Positions 12,447-24,910 of a stretch of DNA of 64,000 nt are shown one piece after another. Position 1 is the stretch's first letter. The number at the start of each line of letters is the position of its first letter. Below the pieces are notes generated by a model that made no database searches, was not told the origin of the DNA, and worked only from the letters and a program-made list of their open reading frames with translations. The stretch is from Eledone cirrhosa (taxonomy: Eukaryota). The stretch spans positions 268,212,001 to 268,276,000 of the forward strand of contig OZ024741.1 of the NCBI GenBank assembly GCA_964016885.1. The letters are read 5' to 3'. The position numbers were made by a program, and so were the translations under genes.

Positions 12447-14320
12447 GGACATGATATCACACACCCAGTCTGTCATGTGAGATGGTAGTGCTGATGACAT
12501 GATATCACACACCCAGTCTGTCATGTGAGGGGGTAGTGCTGGTGACATGATATCACACACCCAGTCTGTCATGTGAGGTGGTAGTGCTGGTGACATGATA
12601 TCACACACCCAGTCTACCATGTGAGGTGGTAGTGCTGATGACATGATATCACACACCCAGTCTGTCATGTGAGGTGGTAGTGCTGGTGACATGATATCAC
12701 ACCCAGTCTGTCATGTGAGGTGGTAGTGCTGGTGACATGATATCACACACCCAGTCTGTCATGTGAGGTGGTAGTGCTGGTGACATGATATCACACACCC
12801 AGTCTACCATGTGAGGTGGTAGTGCTGGTGACATGATATCACACCCAGTCTGTCATGTGAGGTGGTAGTGCTGGTGACATGATATCACACACCCAGTCTG
12901 TCATGTGAGGTGGTAGTGCTGGTGACATGATATCACACCCAGTCTATCATGTGAGGTGGTAGTGCTGGTGACATGATATCACACATCCAGTCTGTCATGT
13001 GAGGTGGTAGTGCTGGTGACATGATATCACACCCAGTCTACCATGTGAGGTGGTAGTGCTGGTGACATGATATCACACCCAGTCTGTCATGTGAGGTGGT
13101 AGTGCTGGTGACATGATATCACACACCCAGTCTGTCATGTGAGGTGGTAGTGCTGGTGACATGATATCACACCCAGTCTATCATGTGAGGTGGTAGTGCT
13201 GGTGACATGATATCACACACCCAGTCTGTCATGTGAGGTGGTAGTGCTGGTGACATGATATCACACCCAGTCTACCATGTGAGGTGGTAGTGCTGGTGAC
13301 ATGATATCACACACCCAGTCTGTCATGTGAGGTGGTAGTGCTGGTGACATGATATCACACACCCAGTCTGTCATGTGAGGTGGTAGTGCTGGTGACATGA
13401 TATCACACCCAGTCTGTCATGTGAGGTGGTAGTGCTGGTGACATGATATCACACACCCAGTCTGTCATGTGAGGTGGTAGTGCTGGTGACATGATATCAC
13501 ACACCCAGTCTGTCATGTGAGGTGGTAGTGCTGGTGACATGATATCACACACCCAGTCTGTCATGTGAGGTGGTAGTGCTGGTGACATGATATCACACAC
13601 CCAGTCTGTCATGTGAGGTGGTAGTGCTGGTGACATGATATCACACACCCAGTCTGTCATGTGAGGTGGTAGTGCTGGTGACATGATATCACACACCCAG
13701 TCTGTCATGTGAGGTGGTAGTGCTGGTGACATGATATCACACACCCAGTCTGTCATGTGAGGTGGTAGTGCTGGTGACATGATATCACACACCCAGTCTG
13801 TCATGTGAGGTGGTAGTGCTGGTGACATGATATCACACACCCAGTCTGCCATGTGAGGTGGTAGTGCTGGTGACATGATATCACACACCCAGTCTGTCAT
13901 GTGAGGTGGTAGTGCTGGTGACATGATAAACCACACCCAGTCTGTCATGTGAGGTGGTAGTGCTGGTGACATGATATCACACACCCAGTCTACTATGTGA
14001 GGTGGTAGTGCTGGTGACATGATATCACACACCCAGTCTGTCATGTGAGGTGGTAGTGCTGGTGACATATCACACACCCAGTCTGTCATGTGAGGTGGTA
14101 GTGCTAGTGACATGATATCACACACCCAGTCTGTCATGTGAGGTGGTAGTGCTGGTGACATGATATCACACACCCAGTCTGTCATGTGAGGTGGTAGTGC
14201 TGGTGACATGATAAACCACACCCAGTCTGTCATGTGAGGTGGTAGTGCTGGTGACATGATATCACACACCCAGTCTACCATGTGAGGTGGTAGTGCTGGT
14301 GACATATCTCACACCCAGTC
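12447..14320. repeat. 48-bp minisatellite (46-bp variants), roughly 39 copies
   Basis: Unit GACATGATATCACACACCCAGTCTGTCATGTGAGGTGGTAGTGCTGGT. Confidence 0.97.
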
Positions 14321-14556
14321 GATTCTGTAAAATGATAATGATGGTGCCACAACAAAAATCACCCAGTCTAACCATGTAAGCTGATAGTGCCAGAGTCATT
14401 GATAAAATGCTTCCTGTATATTCTGTAAAGTGGTTGAAAATCAAGACAAAAATCATACATGTCAGCAACACATGGTCACCTGACCTTTTAATGTCACAGC
14501 CCATCTCACTCATGCAAGCATAGAAAATCGACATTAAATGGTGATATATATATATA

Positions 14557-15855
14557 CAGGGTGTGGACAATATTTGTTCGCAATTTACAACTGCTAATTT
14601 TATGCAAATTTTTTTTACTTCTGTTGTCACTCTTGTCTTCATAAAAACAACGACTATATTTCCATTATTTATTTTCAGAATAATTGATTATGAATAATTT
14701 TGAACCTCCAAATTTGTGGAAGAGACACGGAGTTCTTCTTGGAATCCGCGCCGGGAGGACAAATAAGGAAATTTCAGACTTTCTCAGCATCAGCAGGAGA
14801 ATGGTGGAAAAGGTCAGAAAGGAATTGGAAGATTCAGGATTCGATTACGAAGCAACATCAGAGAGGAAAACACATCATCGACGATCTGACGCCTTCAGAA
14901 TGCCTGAGTTCGTCGCTGAAGTTCAGGATATCATCAACAATGAACCTAGCAAGTCGATGCGTGCCATTGCAAGGGAGAAAGGCGTGGATGAAAAGCTCCT
15001 GAAGCTGGTGGTACATGAAGACATTCGCTACGTTTCATACAAGATGAGGAAAGGACAATTTCTGTCAAAGGCGATGCAAGAAAAGCAACTGAAGTACGCA
15101 AAGAAGCTGATCAACAAGTTGAAACACCCACTGGAGCCAGACATGCTGGGGTTTTTCTCCGACGAGAAAAACTTCTGCCAAGACCAGAAGATCAACTCTC
15201 AGAACAACAGGTGGCTCGCTGTCTCATCCAAAGACGTGCCCAGAGTCATGCAGACAAAGTTTCCAGCGACAACATTGGTGTTAGGTGTCGTCAGCAGTCA
15301 AGGTGATGACATGCCGCCTCACTTCTTCCCTGAGGGCCGCAAGCTGAACACCGATGGCTACATCCGCATTCTGAGTGAGGTAGTAAAGCTCTGGATCGAC
15401 CAGGTAGCTGCAGGTAGGCCGTACGTATGGCAGCAAGACTCAGTGCCCTGCCATACCAGCCGAAAGACCCAAGCCTGGCTGTCAGAGAACTTCTTCGTTG
15501 ACCACACTTCACCTGACATCTGGCCTCCCAGCTCGCCTGACTGCAACCCCCTCGGCTTCTTTGTGTGGGGCGCAGTGAAACGAGGCACCAACAGATCTAG
15601 CTGCAATACGAAAGACGATCTGAAGGCCAGGATCACAAGTGCCTTTAGGGGCCTAAGTCGGGGGACAGTGACGAAGGCCTGTAGCCGGTTCCGAGGCCGT
15701 CATCAAAGCCAATGGCAAGTTTATCGAGTGAGATCGAAAGAACAAGTCATGAAGACAAACTGACCCAAGTTTGATAAATATATCTTAAAAAATAAAACTA
15801 CTGCGTTATTTTTTCCTAGACAGTAATCTTGCGAACAAATATCGTCCGCACCCTG
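14557..15855 (+). mobile_element. Tc1/mariner transposon, DD37D (maT)-like, full length
   Basis: TIRs CAGGGTGYGGACRATATTTGTTCGCAA at both ends, TA flanks within (TA)n; transposase ORF inside. Confidence 0.93.
14690..15763 (+). pseudogene. Transposase with third catalytic Asp replaced and frameshifted C-terminus
   Basis: HTH N-terminus, FSDEKNF, WQQDSVPCH, WPPSSPDCNPLG (G where D is expected); the expected end VIKANGKFIE* lies in another frame. Confidence 0.85.
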
Positions 15856-16454
15856 TATATATATATATATATATATATATAATCATTTACTGTATCACAA
15901 CAAAAGGTAGTTGAAAATAAAACCTCACAGAATACATGTGTAAGGAACAAATATGTGTATTCCAGTTTTAGAATAGATAGGGACAAACCCGTCTTACCCA
16001 TGCTAGTGTGAAAGATAGACGTTAGACAATGATGATGATGATACTGTATATTCCTGTGTGTTGTATGAGGCAACTAAAAGGTTTGGTGATGGGGGGGGGT
16101 CTGGCCATAAAACACTGCTTCACACAAACCCATCCACACCATACTAGTGTGGAAAAGTGGATGTAAAACTAATGTAGATGATGATAATGCCGATGTTGAG
16201 GGTGATGATGACAGTGACAATGATGATGGTGATGAAACAAAGCACCACATAGAAAAAAAAACACTCAATAACAAACGAACAAATGATCATCATTACATGT
16301 TTGTTTTTCCCTGCTGTTGTGGGTTGGATGGGTTTGTCACAGATAGTACTTTATCATCAGACACGTAGACACTATCAAGAGAACAACTGTGTCACTTCTT
16401 GTTTTTTTTCATGCATGATGTTACACTGACAGATTAACAATCATCATGTTACAG

Positions 16455-17600
16455 ATAATAATAATAATGGTTACTGATTTAGGCACAAGGCCAACAATTT
16501 TTGGAGAGGGGGAAAGTCGATTAAATGAACACCAGTGCATGACTGGCACTATATTTTATCGACCCCTGTAAGGATGAAAGGCAATGTTAACCTCGATGGG
16601 ATTAAATCTCAGAACGTAAAGGGACATAACTATATGATAAACCACATTCTTCTCCAAAAACATGGCAGTTATCAACCATCCTAGTCATAATGCCAGCTTC
16701 AACTTATATAACTTGCTGTCCCTTAAGGTCTCTGGGTGAGACTTGGAGTCAGCTCATACAAACACAAAGCAAAATCCAAACATTCTATTAACAGTTTCTA
16801 ATTTAGGCACAAGGCTAGCAATTTATGGAGAGAGGAAAGTGGATTCTATTGACCCCAATACTTGACTGGCTATTTATTTTATCGACCTCGGAAGGATTTG
16901 AATTCAGAACATAAAGGGCTGTAACTAAATGCTGCAAAGCATTTTGTCTGGTGCTCTAACGATTCTTCCAGTCCACTGCCCTAATAATAATGGTTTCTGA
17001 TTTAGACTCAAGGCCAACAGTTTTTAGGAGAGAGAAAAGTTGATTGAAGGGACCCCAGGGTACTATTGGTGCTTTATTTTATTGACCCTGTAAAGATGAA
17101 AAGCTAATCTCAGTGGGATTTGAACTCAGAATGTAAAGGGATGTAACTCTATGGCGCAAACCATGTCCAACTGTCTACTGCCAATCCACCACCATAATAA
17201 TAATTGTTTCTACATTTGGCACAAGGCCAGCAATTATCCCAGTGTATTACTGGTACTTTATTTTATCGACCCCGTAAGGATGAAAGGCAAAGTTAACCTC
17301 GGCAGGATTTGAACTCAGAATGACAAGGGTCGTAACTCTATGCGTCAAAGCATGGCGTCCGGCCCTCTACCGATACTGCCAATCCACTGCCATAATAATA
17401 ATAATAATAATGGTTTCTGGTACAGGCACAATGCCAACAATTTGTGAGGAGGGGAAAGTCGATTAAATCAACCCCAGTGTTTTACTGGTACTTTATTTTA
17501 TCAACCCTTTAAGGATGAAAGGCAAAGTTAATCTCGGGAGGATTTGAACTCAGAACATAAAGGGCTGCAACTATATGCTGTAAAGCATGTTGTCTGATGA
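16455..17600 (-). mobile_element. Head-to-tail cluster of about five SINE family B copies
   Basis: Repeated GGCACAAGGCC...TTTATCGACCCC..AAGGATGAAAGGCAAAGTTAACCTCGG..GGATTTGAACTCAGAA blocks, mostly separated by (AAT)n. Confidence 0.8.
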
Positions 17601-18372
17601 TTGGCCACTAGGGCCAAACACACGAAGAGCAATACAAATAAACAAGGACTGGGAATTTAGGTAATGATAATAGTAAATTCTAACAGTTGTAAAACACCAA
17701 TTTTAGGAGTAAGAGAATTGTTATGTTGACCCCAGTAAATTACTGGGGTTGACCTAATTTACTGGTGTAGATAGTATCTCCCAGACTTCCTAGTAATAAA
17801 TAAAATTATGTCTGGGAATCCCATCAAATCTTAATGTTGCTTGAATTTTAAGAACAGAAGAGACTGTAGCATCCCAATAGCCACAGTAATCTTGTGAGGA
17901 GTAGTGGCCCCTCCCTTTCCCTGTATTATGAGCTTTAGAATATATACATTGCATCCTGTGAGGAGAAGTGACCCCCCCTCCACTTCCTGGTATTATTAGC
18001 TTTGTGCATATCCAGTTTAGGATACATACTCTGTATACCTGTGTATTTTAAGAAGCAACTAAAAGGGTTGGTGTCAGGAACGACATGTAGCTATAAAACA
18101 TTGCCTCTGAAAGTCCCATCCAACCCATGCCAGCATGGAAAAGTCAATGTAAAAATGATGATGGTGATAGTGTTAGATATGCATACATGGCCGTGTGTAC
18201 CCAGTTTAGAATAGGTACACTGTAGCCCGACGTGATGAAAGACAAAATGTTGGATCAATGTCACACAAATTCTATGTCTGACAGGATATATATTGAGACA
18301 AATGTACCCTGTCTACTATTGTTGGTACGGATATACCGTGGTAACTATCGTTTATTTTTTATTATTATCATT

Positions 18373-18570
18373 TGTGGCGGTGGATTGGCAGTATCGGTAG
18401 AGGGTCGGACACCTTGCTTTGACGCGTAGAGTTACGGCCCTTGCCATTCTGAGTTCGAATCCCGCCGAGGTTAACTTTGCCTTTCATCCTTACGGAGTCG
18501 ATAAAATAAAGTACCAGTAATGCACTGAGATAATTGCTGGCCTTGTGCCAAAAGTAGAAGCAATTATCAT
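18373..18570 (+). mobile_element. SINE family B, young copy
   Basis: Near-identical to 24410-24598 and reverse complement of 17205-17392 and 48600-48785; GAGTTCGAATCCC B box. Confidence 0.8.
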
Positions 18571-19097
18571 TTATTTTACTAGCCATGTATAAAATTGAAA
18601 TATTAAAAAGAAAAAGTATAATACATTATTTACAAAGAAGAGAATAAAAGGTTCTTAGGAATGGAATGAAGTGGTTCATTATTGAGAATGCACTAATCAG
18701 TCTAGTGAGGCCATCGAGAAGGATTATAGTAAAATAAAAGAGATCATCCTTTTCATGATGGCCTGTAAAGGAGAAATTTATGTCAAGGTCATTTTTTATT
18801 TTATTTACAAATTTTGAAATATTTTTTTAATGTTACTAAAAATGGTAGGGTTTCACCACAGACAGGTTTGTTGTTGGTACAGATGTACGCTATCTAATGT
18901 TGCTGGTACAGATATACCCTGACAACTGTTGGTATAGATGTACCTTAAATTCTAACATTTCAACTCTTCCCAACATTTGCACACACATATGTGCATTCCA
19001 CATATATACACAGTTACTTACTACCCCCCACCCCCATATTGCCATGTTCTCACGATACCTCTGTACTTCTATATTACTCTATCTCTCTCTTACCCAG

Positions 19098-19174
19098 ACT
19101 CCACTCCATCCATCAGACTGAGCAGCTACCAGTTGGAAGATAAACATAATTATAGATGTTGCTTGAACTCCTGA
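19098..19174 (+). CDS. RAB24: Rab24-like terminal coding exon with di-cysteine prenylation motif
   Basis: Strong polypyrimidine acceptor ctctctcttacccag|, phase 1 fits; (D)STPSIRLSSYQLEDKHNYRCCLNS*; AATAAA at ~19644-19653 and ~21477. Confidence 0.75.
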
Positions 19175-22100
19175 CCTTCTTATAACTCCTGACCACTTGA
19201 CTTCTGGATACTCCACATGACCACTGGCTATTCCACCAGACCATAGTCTGCTCCACCTAATCACTGGATACTTTGTCTAACCACTGGACATTCCACTAAA
19301 TCAGTAGTTACTCCAGCAGATCAATGGATATTCCACCAGACGACTGGCTATTACCTTGGACAACCAAATATCTCACATTTTTTTTCCTATTGAACGTTCC
19401 TATTTTTGATTGATCGGCTTGTCTCATCTCCCTCTTTAACAACACAATCCCACAAGCCCTTGGGTCACTTTAATGAGGTCCACCTTGTTACAAACATTCA
19501 GGCTACATCTCCTGTATTTGAGGGTTACCTTTCTTGCTCCCATCAGTCATGGAAGCCCTGAAAACAAGTAATGGGGTCTGGCTTTCCTCAACTTCAGGTT
19601 TTTACAACACCCTAGTGTACCCTCCATCTTTAAAAAAAAATTAAATAAATAAAGAAAAATCATCATTTCCACATTTCCGGAAAAAAAGACATTTTGTGAT
19701 GGGAATTGTTTTGGTCAGTATTTCAACTGAGATCATGTGATATTGCTTAATTTTGGATTGATCAACCTAACTGGGTGGTGGGTGGAGGTGATGCTTGGGA
19801 GGGGTGGGGTGGGGCTGTTATGATTGACACAACATGAAACAGTTGGAGTTATAATGCTGGTACAACTGGAACAATTCTTTTATCAATAGGGCTGTCCAAA
19901 TACTCTTTTACTGGTTTCAACCACCCAGCTTTGGTACTGCCATATATAAAATCTTTCCAATTAAGCAGATAATAGATTTGTTTGGTTGGCTGAAGTGTTG
20001 GTCAGTTTCAGTGTACAGACACTTTGTCTGCCTTAGAGAGGGTGTATGTGAGAGAGAGAGTATGTAAAAGAGAAATGTGTGTGAGTGTATGAGAAAGAGT
20101 GACTGACTGTGTGAGGTGTGTCAGTGAAAGTGTGTGTGTGTAAAAGGAAAGAATCAAAAGAGATTGATATTACTTGGATGTCACAGTTCTGCCACCTCTT
20201 TCATTGGTGTATCACGGTGCCTCTAATGTGACATCTGTGTCTCTAGTGTCACACCAGTCTATCACTGCCTCCAGTGTCACTGTGTCTCTAGTGTCACACC
20301 AGTGTATCATTGTTCCTCTTGTGGCAAGACATTTGAGATAGTAAATACTGTAATGTTTATGGTAAACTGATATATATATATATAATGTGTGTGTGTGTGT
20401 TCATTTAAGTGTTTATTTGATTGCAAGTGTTGCATTTGCACTATCTCAATCCATAATCTATAGTGTATGCAGCTTTAAGCACTCCATGTCAGTTCTATGT
20501 AGAATACAATAGTATTGTTATATGGATGAACGTTAAGACAGTGTTGTGTTATGTAACTAAATTTATTTACATTATGCACATTTCCTTGATGTCTGCTCAT
20601 TGATACATCATCATAACTTATGTTGGCTTGGTACATCTGTTATTGATATTTCCATCAATTCCTGTGTAATTTCTGCTTAAATGCAAAATATTGTCTGAAG
20701 AAACCATGCCAGCCCAATTTATCATTACGTAACATGCCCTAGTTACAATTTTGTAGCAACATGCTGACATCAGGAAAATGAGTATAACATAAATGAATTT
20801 AATTATGTACTAACACAGCCCTATCTTAGCGTTCATTCGTGTGTATATATATATATATATATATACACACACATTTGTGTGTGTATGTGACTAAATGATA
20901 AAGTATATTGTGATAAACGTATTGAAAATTTAAAATATACTAACGTATATGTGACATACATGACAATAATGACTAGTCTTGGGGATAAACATATTTGTAA
21001 TTGTATATGTGTGTATGTGAAATGCTAAATGAAAGTCAAATTAAATTGTGAAAAATGTATTTCAATGAACAATTAACATAAAATGCCTCTCAGGCATTCA
21101 GCAAATCTCTAAAATGTTTTCAATTAACTTAAAACTGCACTAATTACTAAATAGAGTAATTAGAATGTGACTAAACCATTTAAATATTCTTGTAACATGT
21201 AATCTGAAATATATTATTATAATCAATAATTAATTTGGCAGGGGATGGTAAGTGTAAACTATAGAAAATAGTACATGTGTTTGTGTATATCAGTCTTTCA
21301 AAAAAAAACTGTTTAATGTTGCCTCCCTTTACAACAAACGATTGAAAAAGACATAAAATAATTAAACACAGAGTTGAATATTATCATCACAAAACCCTTG
21401 GGGTAGTGCCCTAGCATGGCCACAATCCAATGACTGAAACCAGCATATACAAATTTAAAAATCCATTATTTCTGTTTAATAAAATTTTGAATATTTGAAA
21501 TCTGATAAGTCTTTTTTTAATTTTATTTTGTTTGCCCTATATCTCATAAACCTAACAACTAACCCTATGTTCTATGTCTCCCCTATAAACCTAAAAACTA
21601 ATCCTAAATCCCATATCTCCCTATAAACCTAACAACTAACCCTAAGTCCCATATCTCATAAAATAATAATAATTATTATTATTATGTACCATAAACCTAA
21701 CAATTTTCCTTTAACCAATGTATTGTGCTTATCTCAGTTTGATTGGCAAACATAAGGTACCTTCCATACCTCATGGTTAATAAATATCCATCAGTAAAAA
21801 GAAAAATTAGTATCAGCATATTTAATGTATGTCATCATCATCATCATCGTTTAACGTCCATCTTCCACGCTAGCATAGGTTAGACGGTTTTTTCCATTTG
21901 ATGCGGGAATGGTTGGGAGACCGTGTCTCGCTCGTACGGAAGTGTCTGGCAGGTTTCTAACAGCTGGATGCCCTTCCTAACACCAACCACATTTACAGTA
22001 TGGAGGGAGCCTTTTTACCGTGTCTTCTATGCAGTCGTAGGGGTAGCGTAGTGACATACAGCGTGCCTTCTGAGTTGTTTTTTTTAACCTGGCAAAGCTC

Positions 22101-23339
22101 ACCCCCTCTATGGGTCTGAACACAGTAAATATTTTTCAGAGAAGAAATATAAGGGGAAAATCATCTCCAGTACTTGACTAGTAATTTTTTATGAAACACA
22201 AAAAGATGCAATGGTTGACTTCGGCAGATTTTGAAATTGGAATAGAGAGAGCCAGAACGAATACCACGAAGTAATGTATTCACCGTAATGTAGGTGTAGG
22301 GAGGGTCAAGAAGTTAATTGTAAAGAATTATGATCCGGGGAAGGGGAATAAATCAGAAGTAAGGGAGGCAACTCCATGTATGTTTTTGGCTCCTCAAATA
22401 TGCATAAACTTCGCTGTACGTATTGCAATGGTGATACGAGAATCACTAAGTAAATGTACAATATTTGTACAGTGGCTAATGTGAAAACGTAAGAATATTC
22501 AGAGAATAAATTACTCTTAGACACCCCCTGCCAAGTGTTGCGACCAGCAGATAGTATCAGCAATGGAAAGATCAATAAAAATATTGTTTCCTTGATCTGA
22601 TCTGACGACTGCCTTTTTTAAGTACTTTCTTCATGAAAATACAATAGCTAACGCTCACATATTGTATGCAAGGAGATTTAAACCTTTAATTCTGTATTTT
22701 TAATTACATACATTGCTTATGTGCTTCAAATAATTTTGAAAATAAAAAAAAATTGGAAAAATTTATTAAAATAATTTTTCATTAGAAAGACTGTTTGAAT
22801 CATTACTTAACAAAAATGTCATAAATAATATTATGATAGAAGGTTTTAATATATGTATGAATACGTTAAAACGGGCAGTTTTCCCTTTCTCTGCAAAATT
22901 GCTGGCCTTGTACTTAAATTAGAAACCAATACTATTCACTCCACATCTGAGTTAATTGCCTCACTCACTAAATTACTAACAAATTACTAACTCCTAAAAT
23001 CAATAAAGAAAAAAGATTGGAAAGATTTGAAATAAACACGAAAAAACAACAATAATACAAATAGTTTAAGCTTAAGGCCAATAATTTGGCAGGAGTGGGG
23101 TCGATTAACTTGACCCCACTTCATTACTGGTACTTTATTTTATCGACCCCGTAAGGATGAAAGGCAAAGCTAACCTTATCAGGATTTGAAATCAGAATGT
23201 AAAGGGATATAACTATATACCAGAAAGCACACAAGAATTGGATGGAGGAGACATTGCAAAGACAAAGACAAGTTAAAACATTAAGGTGGGGGTTTATATA
23301 GAAATGAGTAAAGGGGTAAGATATATACATAGTATACAG

Positions 23340-23710
23340 TTATATGAGGTATTGAATCCTCCTCTTATAGACAGCTGAATACCTAAAGTTAATTGAGAAA
23401 CCAAACCTGTCCACAATTGCTTTGACCACCAAAGTCGAATGCCCTTTCTGAGAGTTGTCTTGTTCATTCTTACCATTTTTGCTACTTTCATCCACCTTTT
23501 GAAATATACTAGCACCTCCTTCACCACTGTCATCTCCTTTCCAAGTGGAACTTGAAAAAGTCAATGAGAGCTTTGCTGAAGAGGAAAAGTCTGTCTCCAG
23601 GCCTTTCAGTCTTATTAATCGCACAATTTCTTTTGCTACAGCCACAAGACATAGGAAAACTGCCTGCTCTTCCCTGTTAAAAGTAGGCAGTAGAGCGATC
23701 TTTATGATAG
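23340..23710 (-). mobile_element. Possible L1/Tx1-type LINE 3' fragment
   Basis: Frameshifted reading AVFLCLVAVAKEIV..RLKGL.../FKRWMKVAKMVRMN recalls Tx1-type ORF2 ends (recognised from memory, not searched). Confidence 0.35.
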
Positions 23711-24409
23711 ACTCAGTCAGTAGTAATAGTAATAATAATTTTGAACTTAGGCACAAGGCCAACAATTTGTGGTGAGATGAAAGTCGATTATATTGACCCC
23801 AGTACTTGACTGACACTTACTTTATGAACCCCAAAAGGATGAAAAGCAAAGTTGACATTGGCGGGACTTTAACTTAGAATGTAAAGAACCAGATCAAATA
23901 CCACAACAGCATTTTATCTGACACTCTACCGATTCTGCCAATCCAACACCCTTTTGTCAGCCATAATAATAATAATGGACCTCTGTTGGAATGGCCAACT
24001 CATGAAAATAAGTGTAAGTGGCTCAATATTTTATACAGGTGTAACCTTAATGTAATTCTCAGGGAGATTCGATGAACATACAGTTCATCTGACAAGCTTC
24101 AAAATAGTACATAGTTTCACTGTCAAGGCTTGGGTTGATCCAAGGCCATGGTATAAGATATTTGCCAAAGATGCTAAGCAATGAGATTCAATCTGGAACC
24201 TTATGATTGTCAACCTCCATGCTTCCTGAGATTCGCCAATACTACACCTAATATTCCCCCTCCATTCACATGGACACATATATATCATGACTCATACACT
24301 ATTCACTTCCCTGACATTTGTATATTATTCTATGTACTTTACATGCACATTTGGCGAGTTGTAGTGCTCCTGAGCACTGTACACAATCATTTCATTATTA
24401 TTATTATTT

Positions 24410-24598
24410 GGATTGGCAGTATCGGTAGAGGGTCGGACGCCATGCTTTGACGCATAGAGTTACGTCCCTTGCCATTCTGAGTTCAAATCCCGCCGAGGTT
24501 AACTTTGCCTTTCATCCTTACGGGGTCGATAAAATAAAGTACCAGTAATACACTGAGTAATTGCTGGCCTTGTGCCAAAAGTAGAAACAATTATTATT
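24410..24598 (+). mobile_element. SINE family B, young copy
   Basis: Near-identical to 18373-18570; (ATT)n tail. Confidence 0.8.
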
Positions 24599-24642
24599 TA
24601 TTAAATGAACTTCTTAATCATTCGGCCAGGCTGCATCTAAAC

Positions 24643-24910
24643 CATCAGTCCCAACCTTTTTGCACCACAGGCTGGTGTCATGCAAGACAGTTTCTCCATG
24701 GACTAAGAGAGAGGGCGGTGTCAGTCACATACATAACAAAACACAATAAAGTGCATATTATGTAATTTTATTATTACATTTATACTGTCAATATGACTCA
24801 ACTCAACATAAGGTAGACGACAATAATCAATAAAATGGGAAAAAAAATGTGTATTCTTTCTGAACGGCCCAGTATCAAATGGTTCATGGTCTGGTGGTTG
24901 AGGACCGCTG
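24643..24910. mobile_element. hAT-Charlie-like MITE
   Basis: Ends CATCAGTCCCAACC... and ...GGTTGAGGACCGCTG; degenerate 8-bp TSD atctaaac/agctaacc; left end resembles MER1-type termini. Confidence 0.6.

Noticed and set aside
13403-14305. 300-aa repetitive ORF (MSPALPPHMTDWVCDI)n
   Set aside because: By-product of a 48-bp minisatellite; 46-bp variants break the frame repeatedly
12447-14320. CRISPR-like appearance of this array and the one at 46171
   Set aside because: No unique spacers, no cas genes, eukaryotic intron context
21545-21700. AACCCTA-containing repeats as interstitial telomere
   Set aside because: Part of a degenerate ~34-bp repeat, not (TTAGGG)n arrays
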